A stretch of DNA of 63,983 nt, counting the filler, from Octopus bimaculoides (taxonomy: Eukaryota): NCBI RefSeq assembly GCF_001194135.2. It is 5 parts of 5 records of this genome, joined end to end, with 100 filler letters (N's around TTAATTAATTAA, not from the genome) between each part and the next. Parts side by side here need not be neighbours in the genome. Positions count along the whole stretch, not along the records: positions 47,998 to 55,786 come from NC_069008.1; positions 55,887 to 62,848 come from NC_068992.1; 3 more parts are not named here. One strand, given 5' to 3'. Under the pieces are notes generated by a model, which made no database searches, was not told the DNA's origin, and was given only the letters and a program-made list of their open reading frames with translations. Positions 52,243 through 62,948 of this stretch are shown one piece after another (within the stretch, counting starts at the first letter, position 1; every line of letters begins with the position of its first letter). The translations under genes and the position numbers were made by a program.

Positions 52243-53199
52243 ATCCAGCCTTTCCCACATACATTCACACACCAAAACCAAAACTGCAATAATTTAATTC
52301 TGATGACATGACATGAAAATAAAAACTAAACAAATTCACTAATTAAAAACTATATTTTTAATTAAATAAAGGAAAAGTGATTTAAATGGAAATAAAAGAA
52401 TGTGAAAAAAAAGTACATTGTATGTACGTGTGCACATGTATGTGTGTGAATATATATATGCACACACACACATACATACATACATACATACGTACATATA
52501 TATACATATACATGCATATACATGCATATACATACATACATATTTATATTTATATATATGTACACATATATTCATGTATTTATATACACACATAAATATA
52601 TATACATATACACACATATATATATTTATACATACATATATACACACACATATATATATATTTATACATACATACATAGATATATGTACGCATGTATGTA
52701 TATATATATATATGTTTGTAATATATCCATGTGTGTGTATAGACATGTTTTTATACTATTTTTACAATAATCAAAAGAAAGATATAAAATAAGAAATTAC
52801 TTGAAAAATAATAACAAGAACAAAAAAGTAACATAAAATGAAATAAATAACAGTAAAAAATGATAATCAATTAAAAAAAAAACAATAAGATCCTGTTTAA
52901 TTATTGCTTATTTCATATATTTATATTGCCCACCCTTCACCACCTAACCCACTATGCTATCTGCCTCACCCCTGCAGAATAAGAAGCAATGTTAGACCTT
53001 TCTAGATTTGAACTGAGAAGAGAAAGATACCTGATGAAATCTTTAGCATTTAAACCAGCCCAAATCTTCTACCTGTTTTACGTTCAAACTGGCTAGATCT
53101 GGCCTTTCACTCCTACCTGATAATGTCACTCTAAAAGGAAACAGTGGAATCATCAAAATTTTGAAGCTATGAGATAATGACAGGGTGTGTAGCTCTGAG

Positions 53200-53545
53200 G
53201 TCAGGGAGATTTTTGCAGGTCAGTCAACTACTTCTCTGCATCGAGAGGGTCACACTTCTGGTACTATGGACATGGGGGAAAAGGGCCGCAAGATGGATTC
53301 TTTAAGCTGAGCCAGCTGGAAGGATACCCAAGGGGGGGAAGGCTGAGAGTGAGATGGTTGGATAATAACCATAGTGCCAGCTGGTTGTGTCTGAGACTCA
53401 AACAGGAAAGCGTAATGGCACTTGCTTCTGATGAGACCCCATTCAAGAGATGCCCGAAGACTCTGCCTTCACACAACACACCCAGGAATAGCAGGCAGCA
53501 AAAATGAATGGACGGATGGCTGGATGGACAGATGGATGGACAGAC
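53200..53545 (+). mobile_element. RTE (Rex3/Expander-like) LINE 3' end with (GGAT)n tail
   Basis: Decayed G.PRGGRLRVRWLD..ALASD motif; 3' UTR ..CCCAGGAATAG..AAAATGAATGGACGGATGG, like ~48730-48770. Confidence 0.6.
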
Positions 53546-54299
53546 AGATGGATATACTTACTGTGAAATTCAATTGAATTCTAAAATATTTGTGAACTTA
53601 AAATGGTTTTGTAAGATAATTTATGCATTTATTGATACAGTAAGGGAAGTGGGGGGTGATCTGGTGGACTTGGCACTGGTGGAGGCAGAGATTTATCTGA
53701 CCGCTAGTGATATAAACGAAAGTGCATTTTACGCCAAAAGCTAAGATGAGAGTTTCTCTCATGATATCTTCTGCAGTATTGTTTGTTCTAAAAGAACGTC
53801 CATGTTTAAGTGGGGGATAAATACTCCCTTTTGGTATTAATACTGCTTCTGTCATTAATAAATATTTTCTTAATAAGGTGGGTGTTTCACAGAATTTAAC
53901 ATAAGATTCTTATATAAAGCAGCTTGAGAAATTTTGTCTCAAAACTACTCCAATTATAGTTATATACAAATTAAAATTTGAAATATAAAGCTTTTTAGCT
54001 TTTAAATGTCACTGCTTAGGCCTTGTGAGTGAAACTGAAAGAAGCCTATCGTATGTAAATATAAATATATATATATATATAAATATATATATATTATCGA
54101 GATGTACTTGCATAGCAAATGACCTGATCTGAGATCGTGTGCTGGAACGAAAACAATTGCAGCATGGATGGTGTTTATAAGCCATTTGAGAAACACACAA
54201 AAACTGTTAGATTCACTTCAACATTTAAATTTAGTTTGTCAAAATATTTTCGTCGCTTTGAGACCGGGACCTGTTCACTGACAAAATTGTTGGGGCAAT

Positions 54300-54702
54300 A
54301 TGCTGTGCTTGAGAAGACCTGTTGAATCAAGTAAAATCACTGTCGGGGCCGATGCCAGTGCCACCTGACTGGCTCCTGTGCTAGTGGCACATAAATAGCA
54401 TCATTCAAGAGTGGTTGATGCCAGTGCCGCCTGACTGGCTCCTGTACCAGTGGCACATAAATAGCATCATTTGAATGTGGCCAGTGCCAGTGGCGCCTGA
54501 GTGGATCCTGTGCCAGTGGCGTGTAAAAAGCACTCACTACACTCTCGGAGTGGTTGGCATTAGGAAGGGCATCCAGCTGTAGAAACCTTGCCAGATCAGA
54601 TTGGAGCCTGGGGCAGCCTCTTGGCTCACCAGTCCTCAGTCAAACCATCCAACTCATGCCAGCACGGAAAGCAGATGTTAAGTGATGATGACGATGATGA
54701 TG
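54300..54702 (+). mobile_element. Family B repeat with three internal 66-bp units and (GAT)n tail
   Basis: Units start GATGCCAGTGCC at 54351 and 54417, and diverged at ~54483; then AGGAAGGGCATCCAGCTGTAGAAACC..GATGATGA. Confidence 0.8.
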
Positions 54703-54709
54703 AAAATGG

Positions 54710-54895
54710 GAATGACATGAGAGTAGAACATGCTCAGAAAACAGCTTTATTGGAGACAGTGAGGATTTTGAGACCAGTACTTGGGTGTTGAGTAGTGTGT
54801 GAAGAGACCCAGTGAGATCCTCGACAGCAGGTTGTTGTCTGCTCTTACGAAATTAGCTCTGAGAAGTGAAATGACAATAGTGATAATAATAAAAA
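54710..54895 (+). mobile_element. Extreme 3' end of an R4/Dong-like element
   Basis: MRVEHAQKTALLETVRILRPVLGC* resembles the LQK..LLGTA.ILR.VL terminus; short UTR ending GATAATAAT. Confidence 0.65.
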
Positions 54896-55188
54896 TATAG
54901 GAAAAAAAAAATCATGCTTAAAAGAAATGCAGAAAAATAACTCCAATGGGCACTGTGCACATTTTAGAAAGAGCACTACCACTTTGAATTTCTTAGTTTC
55001 ATAGCAATTTCATTGTGCACTCATGTGTATACATGCTTTTTTTTTTCTAAAATTTATCCATCTTTGGACTTCTCAATACCATGCAGTTACTAATGTATTA
55101 AAAAAATTACTTCATCTAAAATGCAGTGGGGGGTGGGGATACTAAGTTTATAATGAGTAAACATTGCAGATATGGAAAATTTTGCATC

Positions 55189-55220
<32 letters not shown>

Positions 55221-55222
<2 letters not shown>

Positions 55223-55786
55223 GCCCTGATGCAGTACCAAGCAGTGGCTCTCATGGCTTCTGATCTTAATTGATTGGAAGTGTTATCATGTACATTGTTT
55301 TGTCTTGGTATAAAAGATGGGCTACAGCAAATATTCTGCTTAATACCACAGATTTGCTTGTCAGTTGTTTGACCCTAACCAGTTGAGCATGTCCCCTGGT
55401 GGCTGACGATATGGGCATCCATGATCATGAGCAGAAGTAGTGGGGGAGCATCATAGCTATGTGTTGAGAGGAATTCTTTGGGGTTTGAATAATTCACCTT
55501 TGGAAACATGGGTGTTTTGCTCAACATCCTTAAACAACCCTTATTCAGGGACCTTTTGAACGAGATGGACCACTTGACCTGAAGAAAATTCTAACTGGGC
55601 CCCTCCTGCGAGGTCATGCGCTGTTTATCTTCAAATAAGATCACCATGTCGCACACATATGGTTGTAATGCATGTGCCTGGTGTACCCTTATCAGACGGG
55701 TAGTCATGATGGGTATAATGGGCTTCATATATTTTACCCCAGTGTCACTTTGATGGCATGCACTGCTCACTCACTCAATAATAATA
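55221..55786 (+). mobile_element. Family E non-coding repeat between (AAT)n tracts
   Basis: Preceded by (AAT)n at ~55190-55220 and ends CTCACTCAATAATAATA; 3' part homologous to 4171-4385. Confidence 0.75.
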
Positions 55787-55886
55787 NNNNNNNNNNNNNN
55801 NNNNNNNNNNNNNNNNNNNNNNNNNNNNNNTTAATTAATTAANNNNNNNNNNNNNNNNNNNNNNNNNNNNNNNNNNNNNNNNNNNN
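55787..55886. other. Artificial scaffold-joining linker
   Basis: 44 N + TTAATTAATTAA + 44 N. Confidence 0.97.
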
Positions 55887-56955
55887 ATTTGAACTCAGAA
55901 TGTGAAGACAGAGGAAATGTTGCTAAACACTTTATCAGGGTGCTAACAACTCTGACAGTTTGGCACATTATTATTATTATTATTATTAGTAGTAGTAGTA
56001 GTAGTAGTAATAGTAGTAGTAGTAGTAGTAGAACAAGGCTTGAAGTTTGGAGGGAAAGCTTTAGTTGATACCATGAACCTCAATTTTTTGCTGGTGTTTT
56101 ATTTTATTGATTCTAGAGTATAGGTTCTCAAAGTGGGTGCTACTGCTCCCCATTGGGCGTTGAAACGGTCCAGGTGGGCGCTGGTGCCTAAGGGAGTGGT
56201 GGGGGTCGGAGCAGTAGAGAAAAAAAGAGATGTTGGGAGGAAGACAGTGGATTGGGGGACACTATGAGTTTACCATAATTCATAGCATGACTGAAACAAG
56301 TAAAAGAGAGAGAGGGAGAGACAGAAACTAGAGAAGCCAGTATGTGTGCGTATGTTTGATTTTTCTTTGTCTTTATGTTTCTGTGTCTGCAAATAAAACA
56401 ACAACCTGACTCTCAAATACAAATATTCTCATGTGCTTACAGTCAACCACAAAAGCATGTCTGTGCGTCTTGATATTTCCCCGACATGTTATATTACCTT
56501 TGTAAACAAAAGAGACTCATAACTATGTCTGCGTTGTTTCTTTGTTCAATAGATAAGCGTATTATTATCTTCCTTGAAAACAGGTGAGGTTTGGTGACAG
56601 GAAAAGCATTCAGCTATAGAAAATCTGTCTCAATGAATTCCATCTGATCCATACAAGCATGGGAAAAAATGGATCTTAAAATGATGACATTGATATCAAT
56701 AATATATATTCTATTAATAGCAGGGTTCCATTGAAGCTTGTTGGCTGTTTTAATTATTTCTTTGCATGAATGGAGTTTGTTGAGTTTAGGAGCCTGTTTA
56801 TGATGTTAGGCTTTGATAAATTTATTGTGATTTTGGCAGAGACTGGTTTATAAGATTTGTTAAAATTTTGAATTTGATTTTGTCAATCATACTACTACAT
56901 ATTTTATATAGTGTCAGCTACGGTTTAAAATAGTGTTCTGTTTTTCTTTTTGTAG

Positions 56956-57109
56956 TGATATATCTGAGATTAATTTTGAGAAAATGTTGGCTTCCAAACT
57001 TGATGGTGAACACTTGAAGATAGAGAGAAAGCAAGCATCTCACAGCAGCATAAATTGGGTTTGGTACTGGAGAGCTAAGCCTGAAACTTGGATTGAAATG
57101 AGTAAATCG
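56956..57109 (+). CDS. Penultimate exon of a tandem-WWE protein (PARP12/ZC3HAV1/TIPARP-like)
   Basis: Acceptor TTTTTCTTTTTGTAG, 154-bp exon (S)DISEINFEKMLASKLDGEHLKIERKQASHSSINWVWYWRAKPETWIEMSKS, donor TCG|GTAAAT. I.F..M..R..W.WYW..W.E matches the WWE1-WWE2 junction. Confidence 0.75.
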
Positions 57110-58086
57110 GTAAATTATATTTTTATATTTAACAGAACTATGGTAGGTTAGAGGAATCAGTATAGCATCTAATATATTGTGGAATTTCTTAGTTTCTTTA
57201 TGTTTTAACTTCAGATTGTTTGTGGAAAGTACTGGTGGTATGAGCTTGATGTTGACGTAACTAATTGAAGGTGATGTTCAAGTATAGCCACAATGCAATT
57301 AGTAAATGGATAAGAGAATTTTATAATGTAATATCACTCTATTCCTCTTTCTTATCAATGTTTATTCTCTATAAACAAGTATTGACCAGATCCACAATTG
57401 TTTCTTGATGGTTCACATAATGTGTTCTTGTTAAATTCAGCATGTCCTCTATTTACTATTAATTTCTTCATCAGTTTTACATTCATATTTCTATTGGAAA
57501 CATCTGCAACTGCAACATTGCATCTTTGTATGTGCCTTGCATCTGTACCATGTCATCCATGAAGCTAAAAGTTTTCACCTGTGACTTACAAGACTTTGCC
57601 CCAAATTATTGACCTACCTGCCTCAATCATAATTGCTTTACAGCCTCTAAATTATGGCAAATTTTTCATTTGGCAGGTATCATCAATTTGTTTTACTGGT
57701 TTATGTAAACATTGTCATTTTTCATTCATGCATCTGCTAATGTGGTACTTGTCTACTTTCTTGTAAGTTAATGTTGCGTTTCCAGTAAATCACATACAAT
57801 ATGTCCTCACCTTGTCACTGCAGATCCCTGCATCCAGTGCTATATACTATCACACTTTTTAATCTTATAACATCTACTCTTCTTTCTTAGAAAGAAATTA
57901 GTTTATGTTGTCAACAAATATAGTAATTGATCAGCTCCCTAATCATCATTCAGCAGCTATCTCCCAAGCTGGCTTCTGTTCGTTGGTTTGAGAGGATCCA
58001 ACAGGTCTAAGGGTTGTGTCCTGTTCCAGTGTCTGCTGTGGCATGGCTTCTTTGGTTGGATGACCCTCCTAATACTATCCATTTCA

Positions 58087-58203
58087 ACAGGCTTCTTGAA
58101 GTATGATCAATAAACAAGTGTCACCTTAGTCTGCTGGCTGTGGGCAGCCGACACTTTCCATCATACGTAGCAAAATAAGCTGCGAGTTTTAATCAAATGA
58201 TAA
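58087..58203 (+). mobile_element. Solo 3' UTR of the R4/Dong-like family
   Basis: TTAGTCTGCTGG.TGTG..CAGC.GACACTTTCCATCATAC..AGCAAAATAAGCTG matches 5680-5763. Confidence 0.8.
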
Positions 58204-58416
58204 TGGTTTCAAATTTTGGCACTGGGCCAGCAATTTTGGAGGTGGTTGTTAAGTCAATTACATCAACCTCGGTGTTCAACTGATACTTATTTTATCAACT
58301 CTGAAAGGATGAAAGGCAAAGTTACCTCAGTGGAATTTGAACTCAGAACAAAGTCAGAAGAAATGCCTCTAAGCATTTTGCCCAGCATGCTAACAGTTCT
58401 GCCAACTTGCCACCTT
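58203..58416 (-). mobile_element. SINE family A (intronic, antisense to the WWE gene)
   Basis: Full head, core and CAAAATTTGAAACCA-type tail on the minus strand. Confidence 0.85.
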
Positions 58417-58485
58417 CCTGCACCAATATTCATTTTGTTTGCAGAAGATAAAGGAGTGGATTGCAATTTAAAAGAATTTTTCTAA

Positions 58486-58643
58486 TCGCAGAATAATGCT
58501 AATAATATAGCTTGAACAGGATAAACTACCCCTATTTTGCAGAGAAAGGTGGCTAGCTGTCCACAGTTAGCCACTTACACTTTTCTCTGCAAAATAGGGG
58601 TAGTTTATCCTGTTCAGGCTATATTATTAGCATTATTCTGCGA
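58486..58643 (+). repeat. 158-nt near-perfect hairpin in the last intron of the WWE gene
   Basis: 58486-58547 pairs with 58582-58643 (61/62 Watson-Crick, one U-G); 58549-58560 pairs with 58563-58574 (11/12, one G-U); 2-nt apex and a short asymmetric bulge. Confidence 0.93.
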
Positions 58644-58777
58644 CTGAGAATTAAAAATCACTTCTTTAACTTTCTAAAAAGATATCCCAACGCTTCTAAA
58701 AGCAAGCTTCGCTTGTTTATTTACGTTTGTCCTAATTTGAATTTAATTTTTCTAATATTTCTTCTCTATACTTTCAG

Positions 58778-58948
58778 GGAATTGAAGAAGAAAATAAAAT
58801 CATTGAAAAGTCCTTCAATTCAAAAACAAATCTGAAGCTACATTTTAAAGAATCAAATACCTATGCAGTACTGGATGTTAAAAAGATGGTATTGATTCAT
58901 AAATCTATTCCGTATCCAGTTTGCCGCCGTCCAGAAAAGAAAGATTAA
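58778..58948 (+). CDS. Terminal coding exon of the tandem-WWE protein
   Basis: Acceptor TTCTTCTCTATACTTTCAG, phase 0 matching the previous donor; GIEEENKIIEKSFNSKTNLKLHFKESNTYAVLDVKKMVLIHKSIPYPVCRRPEKKD*, with WWE-like IE..F..Y..LD...M..V.RRP. Confidence 0.75.
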   Translation, partial: GIEEENKIIEKSFNSKTNLKLHFKESNTYAVLDVKKMVLIHKSIPYPVCRRPEKKD

Positions 58949-59093
58949 AGTTTATCTACAACAAATCCTTTTTTTTTCTCAAGAGAATTTCATGATTTTT
59001 TTGTTGTTGTTGTTTTAATTGATCAAAACTTTCTAAGGCAATTACTTCTAATTTTTAACTTAACATTGCAGTTGATTGTACATTAGATTATTG

Positions 59094-59114
59094 AATAAAT
59101 TTAATTGGAATAAA
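59094..59114 (+). promoter_or_regulatory. Two AATAAA candidate polyadenylation signals for the WWE gene
   Basis: AATAAA at 59094-59099 and 59109-59114, about 150 nt after the stop. AT-rich context makes chance matches likely. Confidence 0.4.
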
Positions 59115-59208
59115 AGTGGAATATAATTAACATACATGTAAGTAGATTCAACGTTGTTTATTGTTGTGGAAGATGACATTCCGAAGTTGTTAATATTAAC
59201 ATAGCTAA

Positions 59209-59422
59209 AGGTGGCAAACCAACAGAATTGTTAACATGCTGGACAAAATGCTTAGTGACTTTTTAATCATCTTTACATTCTGAGTTCAAATGCTGCCAAG
59301 GTTGACTTTGCCTTTCTTCTTTTTGAGGTCGATGAAATAGTACCAGTTGCACACTGGGGTCAATGCAATTGACTTATGCCTCCCCCGAGCTTGCTGGCCT
59401 TGTGCCAAAAATCTGCAACCAA
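59209..59422 (+). mobile_element. SINE family A (inverted relative to 58203-58416)
   Basis: AGGTGGCAAAC..GTTCAAATGCTGCCAAGGTTGACTTTGCCTTTC..TTGCTGGCCTTGTGCCAAAA. Confidence 0.85.
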
Positions 59423-60038
59423 TTTTAACAGTGTGAAACTTGTGTGTAAATATACTGACGCAGTGAAGTGTGCAAAAGCCAGAGATCATGTGCAGGAGAA
59501 CAGGCCTCATTGATGTTTTGGCTTCTTAAATGTACTGTCCATTTCTGTTTGGCTGTGATTCTGTGATGTATGAACCTGTTGTGAATCTCACTGACCTGCT
59601 CAGAACACAGAATTTCAGCATAAACTACAGGTACTTAGAAAACTAAGCCATACACAGTTACTGAATCTAGTCAGATTGCACCAACATTTCAGTTATCCCT
59701 GTTACATTACTTAATGGATTCTCAAATCATCTGTGTACATGTTCAGTGCATCCTGGAATCCCATCCTGCAAAGACATTCACAAGTCTGATCTTGGTGACA
59801 ATGGAATGTAAATCCTTTCCATAATACACCAATAGTTGACATACCTTGAAAATCTTCCTTATCTGGGGACAATACTTGAAAAGCTTGCAAGATGGAAACA
59901 TATTCTGAGCTGCTGCGTACTTGTAGTGTACACTTGAGGGAAATTCCTCTCTCTCTGTTATATATACATAAATACAGACGTAGTAGATAACAGCTAGCTT
60001 TCGGCCGCCCTTTTGGACCCTGTTGTATCCACTACTCT

Positions 60039-60175
60039 GATTGGTTGGTATTGGCACAATTTGTCTCTTGCTCTATTGTGCGCCAAGATGCAACCCAACC
60101 AATCACAGCCTTCAAATAAGGTCACGTGAGACAGTCTCTTCTAAACCTCCGGTGAGCTGACCGCACCCTATAAAA
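60039..60175 (+). promoter_or_regulatory. Pol II promoter-like or LTR-like motif cluster
   Basis: Inverted CCAAT (GATTGG 60039-60044), AACCAATCACAG 60097-60108, E-box GTCACGTGAG 60121-60130, TATAAAA 60169-60175. Confidence 0.45.
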
Positions 60176-60429
60176 CTCTAGCTTCACATCGAGTTGATGT
60201 CTTTCGGTTCCAGACCTTTTAAAGTCTAGCCACTGACCATACAGGACACAGCCAGTTCCAGCGACGACACAACAGCAGCTACATGGAGACTCATCAACTT
60301 CGTCTAGCAGTATTCAGCAACCTCCACCTCTGTTGCCAGCATTCGTCCTAACATCAACATTATCTCTCTACGTACACAGCAACCAGCAGCACTAGCACAG
60401 GTTCCAACACAACACTGTTTGTGAATTAC

Positions 60430-61160
60430 TTCACTATGGTTAGCAGCAAATACAACCTGCGAGAACTCCTGTACTAAGTGACTGGCAGCAGCATCGTAGC
60501 CACGACTTCTTGCACGACATGTGTCTCAACTGGCTCCGCCAGGATGTGGGAGGGAGCAAAAGAGTCACGGACTGTAGTGTCACAGATGAGGCACCTACCA
60601 CTAACCCAGGGAGAGAGGGTAAGACCATCTATTCTCTTCCCATCACTTCTGGATAATCCTGTTGGCTCCAGAACTGAGTGGGTATTAATCCAAGTCAGGG
60701 CCTGCTTAATGATTAAGTTTAGCTCAGTGTGATGAGTGAAACAACCAGCATTTAGGTAGCAAGACAGATTCTGAAGACCTGTGGAGTCAAGGAGTCTACC
60801 ACAGCGACATCTCAGACCCCTACAGATGTCAGCTCCCACTCTGAGTGTGATGGAGAGGTGAAACTCATCTAGATTGAGTAGACCTCCAATGTTGGCCACA
60901 GGCAAGGCATCAATCCAGTTCCCCGAGAATTTTGCCCTAGCAGAACGTAGGTGATACCTTGAAAATTTACGAGATTGATAAAGGAGAGAGTTGAAAGTAG
61001 CACCTGAATGCAGATTGCTCCATACCTTCTGCTTTTGTTTGTCCTCAACTGTAACAGGAACTGGCAAACCCAGAACTCTCCACTGTAACATAGTATCATC
61101 CACCTCCCTATTAGAACTAGTCCATGTTGGAGAGGAGAGAATGTTGCCTACCAAAGGGGA
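60430..61160 (-). mobile_element. CRE-like REL non-LTR retrotransposon 3' fragment
   Basis: QKVW..LL..SGNWIDALP..G..L..LRVG..CRCG..DSTG..LSC..AG..H..LNLIIKQAL..LEPTGLSRSDGKRIDGLTLSPW..GRCL..D.TV.DSFA.S. Confidence 0.75.
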
Positions 61161-62327
61161 ACAAACATGGTTGGAGGAAAGAAAACGAAGAGAAAGACTA
61201 ATATCATATTTGGTAACGAAAACCGATCTGAAACATGGAACTTCATCAGAGTGAAGAATAAATAAAAAAAGAGAAGAGCCTAGAGAAGAAAAAGGAAAAG
61301 TTGAATATGGTTGTAATCAGACCATTTTGCTTGTGGATGTCTTTGGGACGTTAAGTAAATGACTAAACTTAAAATAGTATTTGGTAGATTAATCCTTTGT
61401 ACGTGGTGTGGGGGGATAGGATGGCTAAATAAAAAATAATAGTGGGATATTCTTATAGGTTTTACTTGGAGAAGGGGTAAAGATACAATAAAGTTTTAAA
61501 TTAATCAGAATAATTGATAATAGTTATGTTCATAGTACTAATTAATAGTATTTATCATAATAAAGTGCTAATCGATTAAATGTAATATTTTATTTACTAG
61601 TAGGTGATTATGCCCTTCCACCTGTTGTCTGAAGTGAGATAGGCCAAGGTCCACGGTTCGATATAACTGGTCAGTTGAAAGTTAAAAACAAAAAGACCAG
61701 CTATTGAGACCGTCAGACGGGGTAAGATAAATAGATAAATGAATGGGATAATGGTATATGTTATAAGGGGCCTGAAAACGCTTAGAACAGTATATACTAG
61801 ATTAAAAAAGTAAATATTAAGAAACTTATTTAGACATTTAGGAAATAAGACGGTTGGGGGTGAAAATGGTCGAAATGTTTTTTAAATAGGAATGTAAAAT
61901 TAGTAATAGCAAGGAGAAAAATTTATTCCGTAGGAAAATTAGGGAAATATTTATGGTTAAGGGGAGGTAATAACTAGGGTAAGTGGCCTAAATTGGAAAC
62001 TGTTGGTCTACCATCCAGTGCACCTAATCAGTGAGCTGACTAGCCCATCAGACAGCTAATTAGCTAAACAATCTATAAATCAGTCAGCCTCGTGGTCAAT
62101 TAAATAAGTAAAAGTAAATATCCCTAATTAAATTAATGATTACAATTAAAATACTTGCAAATTATTTTTATAGATGTAAGCTCTTACTACGATTTGCGAA
62201 TGCATTCATATACAAAAACAAACTCAACATACATATACATGCGTATGCACACACTCATATAAATGTCTTTAGCTTCTCGCAACTACCCTACAAGTGTCAA
62301 TCTAAAAATAAACAATCATACCTTTGA

Positions 62328-62660
62328 AATCATCATCATCATTTAATATGTGTTGTTCATGATAGCACGGGTTGGATGCTTTGAGCAGGGCTAGTAAACT
62401 GATTTGGCGTGGTTTTCTATGGCTGGATGCCCTTCCTAATACCAACCACTCCAAGAGTGTAATGGATGCTTTTACGTGCCACCAGCATGGGTGCCATTTG
62501 CACGACACCAGTATCTGCCATGACAACGGTTTCACTTAGCTTGATGGGTCTTCTTTTTCAAGCACAACAGGTTTCAGTCGTTTATTATTGCCTCCATGAG
62601 GCCCAGTGGTTGGAAGGTACTTTTTATGTGTCACTGGCACAGGTACTAGTTACGTGACAC
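62328..62660 (-). mobile_element. Family B repeat
   Basis: Plus strand reads CATCATCATTTAA..GGCTGGATGCCCTTCCTAATACCAACCACTCC..TTTTACGTGCCACC, the inverse of 54520-54702. Confidence 0.8.
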
Positions 62661-62848
62661 CAGCAAGAAGCTGACACAACTGTGGTGTATGCGTGCGAGT
62701 AGAAGTAATCGGCTTACCTCGGTTTTCCTTCCTTTGCACGAGTCTGTCCTGCGGTATCCGATCCTCGCGGCTCGCCCGACCCGAAGAACACTAGAAATAG
62801 CAGCTACTTCTCCCAACACCTAGACGATTGCTTGGCACGTCCTCTCCT

Positions 62849-62948
62849 NNNNNNNNNNNNNNNNNNNNNNNNNNNNNNNNNNNNNNNNNNNNTTAATTAA
62901 TTAANNNNNNNNNNNNNNNNNNNNNNNNNNNNNNNNNNNNNNNNNNNN
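62849..62948. other. Artificial scaffold-joining linker
   Basis: 44 N + TTAATTAATTAA + 44 N. Confidence 0.97.

Noticed and set aside
5729-52792. Dozens of long ORFs in the supplied track (poly-X, ERER, YIYI, CVCV, HTHT, poly-I/L)
   Set aside because: They are read-through of N gaps and microsatellites, not genes.
53630-53725. Pro-rich possible terminal exon (RSDKSLPPPVPSPPDHPPLPLLYQ*) on the minus strand
   Set aside because: Short and low-complexity, with no linked exon or homology; it cannot be distinguished from chance.
54351-54535. Repeat array as a possible CRISPR
   Set aside because: Units are contiguous with no unique spacers, no cas genes are present, and the array sits inside a eukaryotic dispersed repeat.
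16359-56956. Linking the EGF exon and WWE exons, or TEs on different segments, into one locus
   Set aside because: They are separated by artificial linkers, so adjacency carries no biological meaning.
61640-62060. CTGACGG and CTGATGG motifs on the minus strand as further hammerheads
   Set aside because: The core is imperfect and no GAAA follows a stem II.
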